Counted from the first letter of the stretch, positions 18,184-29,231 are shown. The stretch: DNA of 32,000 nt from Paramicrosporidium saccamoebae KSL3 (GCA_002794465.1 MTSL01000142.1:11928-43927), one strand, 5' to 3'. Translations and numbers: made by a program. The notes: generated from the letters alone by a model not told the origin.

Positions 18184-19103
18184 ATGCAGGATGGATATGG
18201 GAGAATTTTAAGAGTACTATCTTCCAGAGCATTTGCGTTCATCTCCTGCTTGGCTCTCGGAATACTTGCTGGAATCCATTTCTATGATAATGGTAGACGG
18301 CCGTCCAAATCTCCCACTGCCTTTCATAGACAAGTACACACAGTCTTTTGTTTACATTTCAGGTGAACGAAATTCATTTAGTGACGCAGTGGTACTCTGA
18401 CTCTGACAGTGAGCGACATGTCGAACTCATGGAGTCTGTTTGTCAAAACCTTCATAATCCGCATATTAATCGGATCCATTTTATCGAGAGCGAAGCCCGT
18501 CATGTCTACAATCAGCTTGGACCGCATTGTAATGTAACACTAGCCCAACTTGGCAGAAAAGCGCGTTTCTATTCGTCTCGAGGATTACGATCAAATGTAG
18601 AATGGAGTGATCGTCTGACAGCGGGATCTGCCTTCCGGTTTGCCAGCAGATATCTCCCCGGTAAGACGGTGATCCTCGCAAACCTCGACATTTATTTTGA
18701 CGCCACGCTCCGTCTATTGAAATCGGACCAGTGGTTGTCTGTCTCGGCAATGTATTTTTTGTCGCGCTACGAATCAGATGAGCGGATCTCTATTGGAACC
18801 CAGTGTGGTCCTGCTTACATGGGCAGTCATGATTCCTTTGTTTTTGTGCCGCCTCTTCCGAGAGCGCTGGTAGAGCGGACAAATCAGCTAGCCTTGGGAA
18901 TGCCTGGAATGGAAAATCGCATGATTCATGACTTTAGACGTGCAGGTATTCGGATCCTGAATCCGTGCAAATCAATTCGATCATGGCACTCGCATCGGAG
19001 TGGCGTCAGACATCTGGTGCTGCCGCTTGCTAATACGAATAATCAAAGCGGGATTGTGAGGCCCTCAAAGTTGATACGCAATCCGACCGCCGATGACTAC
19101 TGA
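18184..19103 (+). CDS. Putative type II membrane glycosyltransferase-like protein (GT-A-like, DxxxD/DxD-type motif), 2 exons, 296 aa
   Basis: N-terminal TM (AFAFISCLALGILAGIHF); intron 18334-18362 joins it in frame to IHLVTQWY...ILANLDIYFD...LSRY...SHDSFVF...LGMPGMENR...NPC...WHSH. Confidence 0.65.
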
Positions 19104-19171
19104 TGGTTTCTCCTGTACATATTGACAGTAGCTCTTAGAGATAAACGATTTGTGAGCAACTAGGTCTTTTC

Positions 19172-19230
19172 CAAACTAATCAACCCTCTACGTCAAATAC
19201 CCAACTAATCAATCCTCTACCTCTACGTCA
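19172..19230. repeat. About 30-bp direct duplication AACTAATCAA(C/T)CCTCTAC...GTCA
   Basis: caaactaatcaaccctctacgtca followed by ccaactaatcaatcctctacctctacgtca. Confidence 0.65.
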
Positions 19231-19322
19231 CACAACAACTACATGTCCGTTGTGAGGTAGTAGTAAAGGCCCTTTATTGGCCGGCTACTAAAATCCCTGG
19301 CCCGTGAGTATACCGCCTCGCA

Positions 19323-21155
19323 ATGTTGCGTTCATTAATGTATGAATGCGATCATAGTATGGCCAGGGCCATGAAGACATTGCTTAATGCTCTCCTTTTT
19401 GTTCTCGCGAGCCAAGGAGCTTGTGTAGCTAAAGGCCCTAATTTAGGAGATGGCGACAACGGCGTAGGTACTAAAGTGGGGAGCTTAGCCGACCTGCTTG
19501 AGCGTGGCAATAGACTAGAGTTGAAGGAGCTGGACGTCGAACTTGGAAAAGCACTGGGAGAAGACATTAGCGTACAGGATGCCTGGATCATCATGTCCAA
19601 CAGCGCAACGTTTCACAAAGATGCGATTCCACTCATCAGGGAAGCCGTGAAAATGGGCTATAATAACTACCTAAAATGCATGCTGAATGTCAGTTTTCCC
19701 TGGTGGCAGAATGAAAATGATCGCCATTGGTTCTTGGCATTGTCATACAAGGCGAGCTGGTACAACAAAGATTTGTGGACTGCACATCGACCAACTTTAT
19801 ATTGGAGGGAGCATATGGATGCCGCAATCAGGGCGGATAATCTGGTGTTTACACTATCTCGTCCCAGAACATTTGGAGCAGCTCTTAAAAACCCCGAAAT
19901 GGTTGACAAGTTTATTGAACACGATTCTGCCAAGCTGGTGGGGCACTATATCAATGATTTGAGTGTATTTACTGACAAGGTACAAGACTTGGTGTCTGCT
20001 GGTTCCGTTAACATTCTGCGTTTTTTAACAGAACAGGACATTCCGCTGAATACAGTTAGCATCCCTATGGAGGATGCCTGCCGTGATGTGGAAATCTTGC
20101 GTTTACTGTACGGGTACGGATATCAAGTAAAACTGGAAAAGAGTGTGCTTAATACTTTTATGGAGGAGGGAAAGCTTGCGTACCTTGAATTCTTCTACCA
20201 GATCAGTGTGGAAAATCTTCCAAGTCATTATAGTGTTTTCGACGCAGCTATAGCAGGACACTTTGAGGCCGTCAAATGGGTAGCAAGCAAGTCTCGAGAG
20301 CTAATTCCGTCATATTTCACCCCGCGTGACAAAGTTGAAAGCGGCCATCTGGCGGTGCTACAATGGATATTTGAGCAGGACCAGATAAAGGAGATTCCCT
20401 GCTATATAATGGCGCAAGCTATTTTCAAGGAACAAGTGGACATTATGAACTGGGCATACGGAATCGATCCAGATATTTTAGAACGCTGCAAAGGATCGTT
20501 CCCATTAGCCAATGAAAGCCTCTGTGCGGACGGAAGTAGTGAAAGTTTGAAATGGCTACATGATCATGACAAGGACCCAGCATTCCTTCTCAAAGAGTCT
20601 TGCTTATCTGCTGCCGCGAGAAACGGACGGCTAAATGTACTTACACTGGCCCGTCTCATAGGTTCCAATGCCCTTCCAACTGTCAGAGATCTTGATTGTA
20701 CTGCTGGCCGGGGACATTTGGGTGTGCTCACATGGGCGTATTCTATTGACGAGAAACTTATTCCCACTACAACCGGTGCGAATCACGCAGCGAAAAAAAA
20801 TCACGTTGCAGTCCTCGATTGGTTGGCCTCAAAGAAGGTGTATCCCAGCCAGAAAGCTCTCGATAAGTGTGTTGAGCGTGGCAAATTGGAAACGGTGCAC
20901 TGGATGATGAAAAAGTTCCCTACCATGGAGCCATCCTACTCGTCCACCCTTCAGGCTGCAGCTACTGGCCGCATAGGAGTCATCAGGCATATTGACAAAA
21001 CCAGGCCAAATTTACTCAAATATTCAGCGCTATTGGATGCAGCGAGAGCCAAAGGCTGGGATAGAACTGTTGAGTTCTTAAAGGCAGCCGCATCAAGGTC
21101 CAAAGATGCTGCAGCCCCCGAATCCCGACTAGGATCGACGTATTGCTTAGTGTAG
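19323..21155 (+). CDS. Putative secreted protein with about 10 divergent ankyrin-like repeats; start may be ATG 19371
   Basis: Signal-peptide-like MKTLLNALLFVLASQGACVA. Repeats such as AAIAGHFEAVKW, VESGHLAVLQW, TAGRGHLGVLTW and AAKKNHVAVLDW with 27-29 aa period. Intronless. Confidence 0.8.
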   Translation: MLRSLMYECDHSMARAMKTLLNALLFVLASQGACVAKGPNLGDGDNGVGTKVGSLADLLERGNRLELKELDVELGKALGEDISVQDAWIIMSNSATFHKDAIPLIREAVKMGYNNYLKCMLNVSFPWWQNENDRHWFLALSYKASWYNKDLWTAHRPTLYWREHMDAAIRADNLVFTLSRPRTFGAALKNPEMVDKFIEHDSAKLVGHYINDLSVFTDKVQDLVSAGSVNILRFLTEQDIPLNTVSIPMEDACRDVEILRLLYGYGYQVKLEKSVLNTFMEEGKLAYLEFFYQISVENLPSHYSVFDAAIAGHFEAVKWVASKSRELIPSYFTPRDKVESGHLAVLQWIFEQDQIKEIPCYIMAQAIFKEQVDIMNWAYGIDPDILERCKGSFPLANESLCADGSSESLKWLHDHDKDPAFLLKESCLSAAARNGRLNVLTLARLIGSNALPTVRDLDCTAGRGHLGVLTWAYSIDEKLIPTTTGANHAAKKNHVAVLDWLASKKVYPSQKALDKCVERGKLETVHWMMKKFPTMEPSYSSTLQAAATGRIGVIRHIDKTRPNLLKYSALLDAARAKGWDRTVEFLKAAASRSKDAAAPESRLGSTYCLV

Positions 21156-21542
21156 ATAACAATATGGACCTTTTTATTTGTGCGAGACGATGGGAAACTT
21201 TGCTGCTAATAATTGGTAAAACGTAAGGTTTATAACAAAGATCCTGCCGGCCAATATCCGCCTATGATTGGTAACCCTGTTAGCTACCCTACAATCCGGT
21301 GTGTTAAGGATGGTAGTTTATTTGCCACATACCTTGCTAAAGTTAACTCGCTCATCAATAGGCCCTTTACCGACATTTTGGAATTTCCGATTTGTAGATG
21401 TACTCTCACACAAGTATCGGCGTGGCCTGTCACGTGCAGTTGTCCTTGCCGATAGAGTACCGCACCAACCTCGATGAATCCACCATACCAGATCGTCACC
21501 ATATAGAACCGAGCTATCCCCATGCAACAATATAATACTGAA

Positions 21543-22196
21543 TTATCGCCGCAAGAATCCCAAGGCAAAGGTGGCAGCAGACATGAGATACCACGTTACA
21601 ATGTACTCAAAGTGACGATTTGGAATGTCAATCTGTGGAGGACCAGCAATGGGTATCTCTTCTGTGCGTCGACTGATCCTCCGGAATATGATCGGTTGGC
21701 ATCCGTAGTGTTTCGCCATTGCCTCTACATCGCGGTATGACCATCGTCCTTCGGCAGGATCATTCTCACTAACAGCAATGCTTTTCTTCTCTTCCCGATC
21801 CAGCATTACCTCCACATACGGCTTCTCCTCTAACCGTATCTCACCTTCTCTCCCTCTGGGCACCCGTCCGTAATCCACAAGCACTGTGCCGTCAGCCATC
21901 TGAAAGGGGAGGATGAAGGACATGGCAAAGTCAACATCCAGGTCACGAGCTCCGCGAGGACCCAGGAAAATGGGAGACATGCAGTTCGGAGTGCCGTACA
22001 ATTTGAGCCGTCGGAAGCGGAGCGACTCGAGATCGATGGGCACATTGGTCAGTTTGAGGGCTGCACGAGAGAGGCCCCGCTCTAGGTCACGTATCAGGTC
22101 CTGCTTTCGATTTAGGCGATAAACCTGCCATGTCCCCAAGCTGAAAAAGACTGCGGGAATGCCGTATCGAAACCAATTCGGAAATGGTCGGCCCAT
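21543..22196 (-). CDS. SHY1: SURF1/Shy1 cytochrome c oxidase assembly factor, 217 aa
   Basis: LGTWQVYRL..K, VLVDYGRVP and IPNRHFEYIVTWY motifs. Confidence 0.9.
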   Translation of the reverse strand: MGRPFPNWFRYGIPAVFFSLGTWQVYRLNRKQDLIRDLERGLSRAALKLTNVPIDLESLRFRRLKLYGTPNCMSPIFLGPRGARDLDVDFAMSFILPFQMADGTVLVDYGRVPRGREGEIRLEEKPYVEVMLDREEKKSIAVSENDPAEGRWSYRDVEAMAKHYGCQPIIFRRISRRTEEIPIAGPPQIDIPNRHFEYIVTWYLMSAATFALGFLRR

Positions 22197-22254
22197 CCTG
22201 GCACAGCGAAAGGATAATTTGTGGGTTTATAGTAATGACCCTTCCAACTGCTGC

Positions 22255-22827
22255 AATCCCTGGCTTGCAAATATATTATATCGCAATGCCACTTTCATTA
22301 ATACATGGATGCGATCGGAGTATGGCCGGGGCCATGAAGACATTGCTGGGTACTCTTCTTTTCGCTTTAGCGAGTCAAGGAGTGCATGTGGCCAAGGCCC
22401 TAATTTAGGGGAGAGTGGCAGCGGCGCAGGCAATAAGGGGGCAAGCTGAGTCGACCTGCTTGAGCGTGGTAATGGACTGGCGTTAAAAGGGCTGGAGGTA
22501 GAGCTTGGAAAAGCACTGGGAGAAGGCATCAGTATACAGGATGCCTGGATTATCATGTCCAATAGCACAACGTTCCACAAGGATCCCATTACGCTTACCA
22601 GAGAGGCCATAAAATGGTCTATAATCATTAACTGAGATGCATGCTGATTTCCAGCCGCTCCTGGTATTGCCATATAAAGCCCCCTGTTATGACAAAGATT
22701 TATGAAATGGTCATCAATCACAGCTGAATTGGGAGAAAAACATGGACGCAGTGATCAAGGCGGACAATGTAGAATTCACAAAGACCCTCTCCGAGATACT
22801 AAAAGCCACGCTCCAAGATCCCGCAAT
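22255..22827 (+). pseudogene. Degenerate 5' copy (promoter, signal peptide, N-terminus) of the 19323 ankyrin-like gene
   Basis: DNA collinear with about 19292-19900. 1-bp deletion near 22394 (TAG at 22406), TGA at 22447 replacing TTA, second 1-bp loss near 22610, about 30-bp deletion near 22655, and no repeat region. Confidence 0.88.
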
Positions 22828-23042
22828 CCGGTGTTTTGAAAGTGGTCTATAAAGAAGCCCTTGGTAAAGACACTTTTGATAAAGAAACCCTCTCGCTCAC
22901 CAACAGGTCCTTTGTTGGAACCTGGTTGTAGATATAACTTTGTGCATCTAGTCCCACAAATGTAATCTTTTTCAATTCCTAGTTTGCAGAGACGCCACAG
23001 TAGAATCTCTCACATGCCATATGTCTCATATAACTGTATTAT

Positions 23043-24056
23043 TTATAAAAAATATTCGGGAGGAGGCTTCTTGGAAGGGACCACTGAAGCTTCCTGGGGA
23101 GCAGCTTCAAATAATTTAAATGAATGGTTCAGCTCGGAATCAACCACCATGATCGACGCAACGTTGCCGCATCGGTAACAATAGTTCGGTGCAGACCAAA
23201 TGGTTACCAGAGTCTCGTCCCAAATCATCTTGTAGCCCTCCATGACCAGCTGATGGGCACGGGCAATCATGCCAAGCCCGTTGTCGTGAAGAAACTTTTC
23301 TGCAACATCTGCGCCGAATTGGAAACCAGCTCCCCGGGGACTAAGACCCCAACCGACAATCTCTTCAGGATCGGACCAGAGCAAGTCACACATGGCTCCT
23401 TCGTGGGGTACCTCTCTCTTCCGGTCAATTTGACGGATCTGGTCCAAGGTATTGATGAGAGGAGAGAGACCGCCGTGGACAGCTAGGATCCGACCGTCAA
23501 TAATGGCTGAAAGACTGAGATAGTCAAAGATGTCACAGCAATATCTCCACACGTTGGCGTTTCCGTATTTCCGGATACATTCGTCGTAAAAGCCGTATAT
23601 CTGCGTAATCTGTCTGCTCTCATGGTTGCCCCTTATTAAGGTAATCCTACTCGGATAACGAACCTATGGATTACCAAAGTACAATGGACGGACGTACTTT
23701 AAGGGCGAGGAGGAGGAGAAAGGTCTCGACACTATTGAAGCCGCGGTCGACAAAGTCGCCGAGGAAGAGGTAGTTGGTCTGTGGACACTCTCCACCGACT
23801 TTGAACAATTCCTTCAAGTCGTAGAATTGGCCGTGTATATCTCCGCATATCTACAAGCATTAGCAGACTTAAAATGGGTACAGTGACGGGTGCATCCACT
23901 CGCTGAACGTTGCTCTCCTCGACCAATATCTCACGTGCCAGTTGACACAGTTCTCGCACCTCTTCCTCCCCAATTAATTCACCATTTTTCAGCTGCTCCA
24001 GCACCCTACACCATGTGACGCAACTTTGGAGGACAATACCTGTCAAGGTGACTCAT
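23043..24056 (-). CDS. PPH3: Ser/Thr protein phosphatase 4 catalytic subunit, 4 exons, 304 aa
   Basis: MSHLDR|VLEQL, GDIHGQF, GDFVDRG, RGNHES, HGGLSP and SAPNYCY motifs; PP4-type C-terminus [11 protein letters not shown]. Introns of 34, 31 and 34 nt. Confidence 0.9.
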
Positions 24057-24074
24057 CCCTGGGAGCCCGGTCCA

Positions 24075-26845
24075 ATGCGCCGATGGTTCGTCACTGCTAA
24101 GGAGCTAGCAGGGACACTCAATTTGCCCAAAACGACATTTCCGCAAAGGGTGGATTATGCAGCAGTGGAGGAGAGATACAGAAGTATCATATCGACAGAA
24201 TTATACCAGGCACAGGTGGCGATCCGAGTTGGTCTGACTGTGGTAGCTCAATAAGGAGGGGCCTACGTTTCTTATCCATGATGGGCCGCCCTTTGCCAAT
24301 GGAAACCTCCACATTGGCCACGCCCTGAACAAGTTACTTAAGGATACCATTTTGAGGTCCAAAATCGAAAAGGGCTATCGAGTAGAGTAACCATCTCGGC
24401 ACTCTTTTTGATCCATAGATTCCGACCTGGATGGGACTGCCATGGTCTCCCCATTGAAATCAAGGCGCTTGCAAAGGCTCAAGGAAAATCCCTCACGCCG
24501 CTTCAGATCCGCAACATTTCTCAGCAATTTGCCCAAGATGCAATAAGCAGCCAAGCAGCAGAGATGAAGAGATGGGGTTTGTTGGCTGACTATGAGCACC
24601 CGGTCCGTACCTTGGATCCAAGCTATGAGGCAGCCCAATTGCGAGTCTTTGGTCAGTTAGTGCAGCGAGGCTTGGTGTACGCTGACAAAAGACCGGTTTA
24701 TTGGTCGCCTTCGTCAAGGACAGCGCTGGCAGAGGCTGAATTGGAGTATGTGGATGGTCACATTTCAAAAGCCTGTTTTGTAAAGTTTCCTATTGTGGGC
24801 ACTTTGGATGAATATTTGCTGATTTGGACCACCACTCCATGGACAATCCCTGCAAATCAAGCGATTGCAGTCAACCCAATGCTCAATTATGTACGTGTTA
24901 ATGCGGGACGGGAAAAATACATTGTCGCCCAATCCAGGATGGATGATTTAAAGGACATGTTTGAAACTGCACATGCCGCTGAAGCAGTCTCAATTGAAAG
25001 TCTATTGAACACTAAATACAAAAATCTATCAGGGAACTGCAATCCAGTGGTAGTTGGCGATTTTGTCACAAATGACGTTGGCACTGGGCTAGTCCATCTA
25101 TCTCCTGCATATGGACAGGATGACTTTGCCACGTGTCGAAAGCATGGAATAGTTGAGCAGGAGATTGTTGACATGAATGGAATGTACACTGACGCTGCTC
25201 CAGCAGAGTTGGCAGGAAAAAGCATCACGGATGTGGACGTACAGCTAGAGTTGTTGCGGACAAAAGGCCTATTGCTCCATAGCTACGACCATCGCCACCG
25301 ATATCCATATGACTGGCGCACCAAAAAGCCTGTCATCCAAATGGCCACACGCCAATGGTTTATCCGAACTGGCCCCATATTGGCTGAACTCCATGCAGCT
25401 TTGGAACCGGTGCAGTTCCTACCCGCATCGGGAAAGAAGCGTCTAGCAAACATGTTGGATGCACGGCAGGAATGGTGCATCTCGCGACAGAGAGTGTGGG
25501 GTGTCCCAATTCCAGTGTTTTACGACAAGGAAACCGATTCTCCCCTGTTGGACGTTGCTGTAATTGAACATTTTGCCAATCTGGTAGCTCAAAATGGTAC
25601 GAATGCGTGGTGGGAACTAGACAATATCGATTTGCTGCCTGACCAGTTTAAACATCTAGCCGATAGACTTGTACGTGGAAATGACACTATTGACGTTTGG
25701 TTTGATAGTGGCACCTTTTGGAGCTCCACTACCGACCCATCCGATATCTACATTGAGGGAACAGATCAGCATCGTGGATGGTTCCAGTCGTCACTTATCA
25801 CCTCGGTCGTGTCTCGTGGGATATCGCCATTTAAAAAGCTAGTCTCCCACGGGTTTGTGCTGGACGAGCGGGGCAATAAAATGTCAAAATCAGTGGGCAA
25901 TGTCATCGCACCGGATGAAATCATCAAGGGCACGGGAAAGCTTCCAAGGGGAACTGATGTTCTTCGTCTCTGGGCCGTCTCTTCAAATTTCCTAAGCGAT
26001 GTGACAGTGGGGCCGATTTTGTTGGAGCGCACTGTCGAACTCCATCAAAAGTTGCGGAATACTTTTAGATTCATTTTGGGAAACTTGGTGGCGTTTCCTG
26101 GATCATTAAAATGGGAAGAACTAAAGGATGTTGATCGTTTGGTCCTGTCCAAATGCGAAACCATCAAGCAGCAGGTACAGCAAAAATATGACGAACTGGA
26201 TTTCAGTGGTGGCATTGCTGTATTGCAAGCGTTTGTCATTGAGGATCTCTCGGCTTTTTACTTTGATGTGATTAAGAATCGGCTGTATATAGACACTGCC
26301 CATTCCTTGGGTCGCCAAAGTGCACAAACTGCGCTGGGTCAGATTGCATTACGGCTGTTGTCTTTATTAAGACCGGTTTCACCATATCTCTGTGCAGAAG
26401 TCACAGCGCATCTTCCCAACAGAAAAGAAATGCCGATTACTAACTCTGACGATAGTTTGGCACGGTTGATGCAGGTTCGGTCTGCAATGAGAATAGAATT
26501 GAACCGTCTCAGAAAAGAGCAGTAATTCGCCATGTTGAATGTGGTCTTGATGTTTATAGATTGTTGGAATCGACATATCAGGCGGACATTGAACTCTCCG
26601 ACACAGAGGCGGGCTGGGACGATTTGGCAGAGATATTCATGGTCAATTCTGTCCGTCGACATTATGGTAACCAACCTGCATTGTCAGTAGTGGAGATTGA
26701 GGGATTGGGACTAGTTCGTATATTGAGGGCAGAGCATGGAAAATGTCCCCGATGCTGGATGTATCGCTTGGAGACTGACGAGGAGATTTGCAGACCCTGC
26801 AATAGGGTTCTCAACCTTGGCGAGGTGTTGGCTAATGAGAATTAA
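24075..26845 (+). CDS. ISM1: Mitochondrial (bacterial-type) isoleucyl-tRNA synthetase, 4 exons, about 889 aa
   Basis: [55 protein letters not shown] and KMSKS motifs; C-terminal CPRCW...C..C. Introns of 31, 32 and 38 nt. Confidence 0.93.
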
Positions 26846-27020
26846 GGAACGACTAAACCGCAAGAGTGCTTTGTCTTAGCGTCTCACATCTTGATGGCGC
26901 ATCTGTAGACCAGAGATTTTAACAAAGGGACTGTTAAATAGTATCCGTTTATAATTGGTGCCTCCCCCAATGCAGATGGCGATCCTAAACACCATCTCAA
27001 TTGCATTGAGGTCGACAGCC

Positions 27021-27026
27021 TATAAA
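27021..27026 (+). promoter_or_regulatory. TATA box upstream of the quinone oxidoreductase gene
   Basis: cctataaaggc about 110 bp before the ATG, in the same context as the DJ-1 TATA boxes. Confidence 0.4.
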
Positions 27027-27135
27027 GGCGCCACATTAGTAAAACTAATTCGCTCACCACTGGGGGGGCTTGCTTCCAGCCGCAAGATTAAATCTCATAA
27101 ATGACACTAAATTGAAATTACTGGCTCGTTAATTA

Positions 27136-28107
27136 ATGAGAACATCAATGAAGGCCGTCCGCGTGCACACTACGGGTGGAATAGATAAACTGACTATAGA
27201 GGAGATTCCTGTGCCTGTTGCAAAACCCGGGGAGGTTGTGGTCAAGAATGCGTTCATCGGAGTCAACTACATTGACATTTACCACCGAACTGGACTGTAT
27301 CCGCTGGCGCTGCCGGTCGTGCTGGGACGCGAAGGCTCGGGAGTAGTGGAATCAGTGGGTGAAGGCGTTTCGGACCTCGCCGTCGGCGATAGAGTTGGCT
27401 ATCTTGGCTCGCATTCATATGCCGAGTACAACGCCGTGGCTGCGATACATGTCGTCAAATTGCCCGCTGGAATGGAGCTTGAGAAGGGGGCCGCGTGTCT
27501 GTTGCAGGGTCTGACGGCGGGATATTTGGTATTTGACTCTTACAAAGTGCAACGGGGCGATTTCGTCGTTGTGCCCGCGGCGGCTGGCGGCACGGGCAGT
27601 CTGATTTGTCAATTGGCAAAATTGCAAGGCGCCACTGTGATTGGCATCGTCTCCACTGAGAAAAAGGTGCAGATTGCCAAGGATAACGGTGCAGCTCATG
27701 TCCTTTTAACGTCTGCGGACATTACTGCTGAGATCCTAAAAATCACTGGCGGTCGTGGAGCGCATGTCGTGTACGATGGAGTGGGCATGGCTCTCTACGA
27801 GCAGCTGAGAAAATCGCTTGGGAAGCGGGGTATGTATGTGAGTTTCGGGAATGCAGGTGGTCTGATCGAAAAGGTGAATCCCGCCGATCTCATTCCGAAA
27901 TGTCTTTCATTCATGCGGCCAGTCCTCTTCCAGTACCTTGAGACCCGAGAGGAGGTTTTGGATCTCACCTCCAGGGTGCTCCCATTGATTGAATCTGGCA
28001 AGTTGAACATTCAAATTCACAAGATTTACGATTTTGACAATGTTGCCCAAGCTCACCAAGACTTGGAGGGTCGTGGCACCACCGGCAAGCTACTTTTAAA
28101 GCTTTAA
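27136..28107 (+). CDS. ZTA1: NADPH:quinone oxidoreductase (zeta-crystallin/Qor, MDR family), 323 aa
   Basis: GVNYIDIYHRTGLY, LGREGSG, LLQGLTA, AAAGGTG, YDGVG and GTTGKLLL motifs. Confidence 0.92.
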   Translation: MRTSMKAVRVHTTGGIDKLTIEEIPVPVAKPGEVVVKNAFIGVNYIDIYHRTGLYPLALPVVLGREGSGVVESVGEGVSDLAVGDRVGYLGSHSYAEYNAVAAIHVVKLPAGMELEKGAACLLQGLTAGYLVFDSYKVQRGDFVVVPAAAGGTGSLICQLAKLQGATVIGIVSTEKKVQIAKDNGAAHVLLTSADITAEILKITGGRGAHVVYDGVGMALYEQLRKSLGKRGMYVSFGNAGGLIEKVNPADLIPKCLSFMRPVLFQYLETREEVLDLTSRVLPLIESGKLNIQIHKIYDFDNVAQAHQDLEGRGTTGKLLLKL

Positions 28108-28430
28108 CGAATGTCTTGGATGTAAAGTGTTGGGTTAGCACGGACAGGCTAATCTTGCACCATAAACAGAAACAATAAACACGATACCTTTATAACGCGT
28201 CGCGTGGATTTAATGACCTGGTCTCAAGACATGAATTTAGCCAACCGATACAATCTGTCGGTATTTGTCAATTGAGAGGCCTGTTAGAATCGTGAAAAAG
28301 GAGCCCCATTTATAATAAAGGATTCACCTTTTATAATGAAAGATTCCTCTTTTGTAGTAGAGAGACTCTTTCTGCAGGTCGGTGGTAATATCTTTTCTAT
28401 GTAAACATTTAATGAAACGAATAAATCCAA

Positions 28431-29117
28431 ATGTGGCCGTTTGATACTTCGGCCTGGTACTTGCGACCTGTCAGTGTGCTGGAGGAATGCAAAGACTTTG
28501 AGCAGCAGCGTCACGAAGCGTGTGATTTTATTGCCAAAGTGGCACGTCGGCTCAACTTTCCTTACCGAACAATCGCCAGCGCGCAGTTGTACTTTCATCT
28601 CTTCTTTTCGCTCCATCCTCACACTGATTATCCCTCTATGGATATTGCCCTCACCACGCTACTCGTCGCATCAAAAGCAGAGGAGACTTTTCAGCGAATA
28701 CAACAAATTTTGGTAGCAGCCTACCGGACCCTAAACCCACAAGCAGAAGGTAAAGTGCGCATCATTGAAGAACACAGGGTGCGGGTCACTCAGTACGAGC
28801 ATCTCGTTTTGGAAGCCATTGACTACAACTTTGCGGTGCGTCATGCCCACGAAGTCTTAGCAAGGATAGGGGCTGAACTAGACTTGACGTCAGAGTCTAT
28901 GAGCAGTGCCTTTCGGTTTTGTAAGGATTGCTACTACACGCCAATTGTGTTGTGTTATCCTCCCGAGTTTATTGCAGCGGCAGCAATAATTTGGATGCGA
29001 ACAGCTGAGGGGAGCAAGACGGAAGAGATGCGCGTACTAGAAAAGCTTGTAGGATCGAGTCAGGAAAAGATTCTAAAGATTATCGACTTTGTAAAGCAAT
29101 CGAATAAAGCAATGTAG
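28431..29117 (+). CDS. Transcription-type cyclin (cyclin K/Ctk2-like), 228 aa
   Basis: Cyclin box FIAKVARRLNFPYRTIASAQLYFHLFF...LLVASKAEET...EHLVLEAIDYNF. Confidence 0.85.
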   Translation: MWPFDTSAWYLRPVSVLEECKDFEQQRHEACDFIAKVARRLNFPYRTIASAQLYFHLFFSLHPHTDYPSMDIALTTLLVASKAEETFQRIQQILVAAYRTLNPQAEGKVRIIEEHRVRVTQYEHLVLEAIDYNFAVRHAHEVLARIGAELDLTSESMSSAFRFCKDCYYTPIVLCYPPEFIAAAAIIWMRTAEGSKTEEMRVLEKLVGSSQEKILKIIDFVKQSNKAM

Positions 29118-29121
29118 ATAC

Positions 29122-29198
29122 GATGCAGGATACATGATACATGATACATGATACAGGATACAGGATACATGATATAGGATATAGGATATAGGATACAG
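29122..29198. repeat. 7-bp satellite GATA(C/T)A(T/G) x11 between convergent cyclin and SAS-6 genes
   Basis: gatgcag, gatacat x3, gatacag x2, gatacat, gatatag x3, gatacag. Confidence 0.92.
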
Positions 29199-29231
29199 GT
29201 AGTGGTTCCGATTGCACAAAAAAATCAAGGT

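Noticed and set aside
21160-21540. Short ORFs between the ankyrin-like gene and SURF1
   Set aside because: Overlapping 70-94 codon ORFs on both strands with alternative starts and no motifs; none is supportable.
24075-26845. Bacterial-type IleRS as a recent horizontal transfer
   Set aside because: It has host-type introns and a short basic N-terminus. A bacterial-type IleRS is the normal mitochondrial enzyme.
27136-28107. Quinone oxidoreductase as FERRY subunit Fy-4 (CRYZL1), partnering the Cys-less DJ-1 proteins
   Set aside because: The sequence has intact canonical Qor/Zta1 motifs, and no linkage evidence exists beyond being in the same window.
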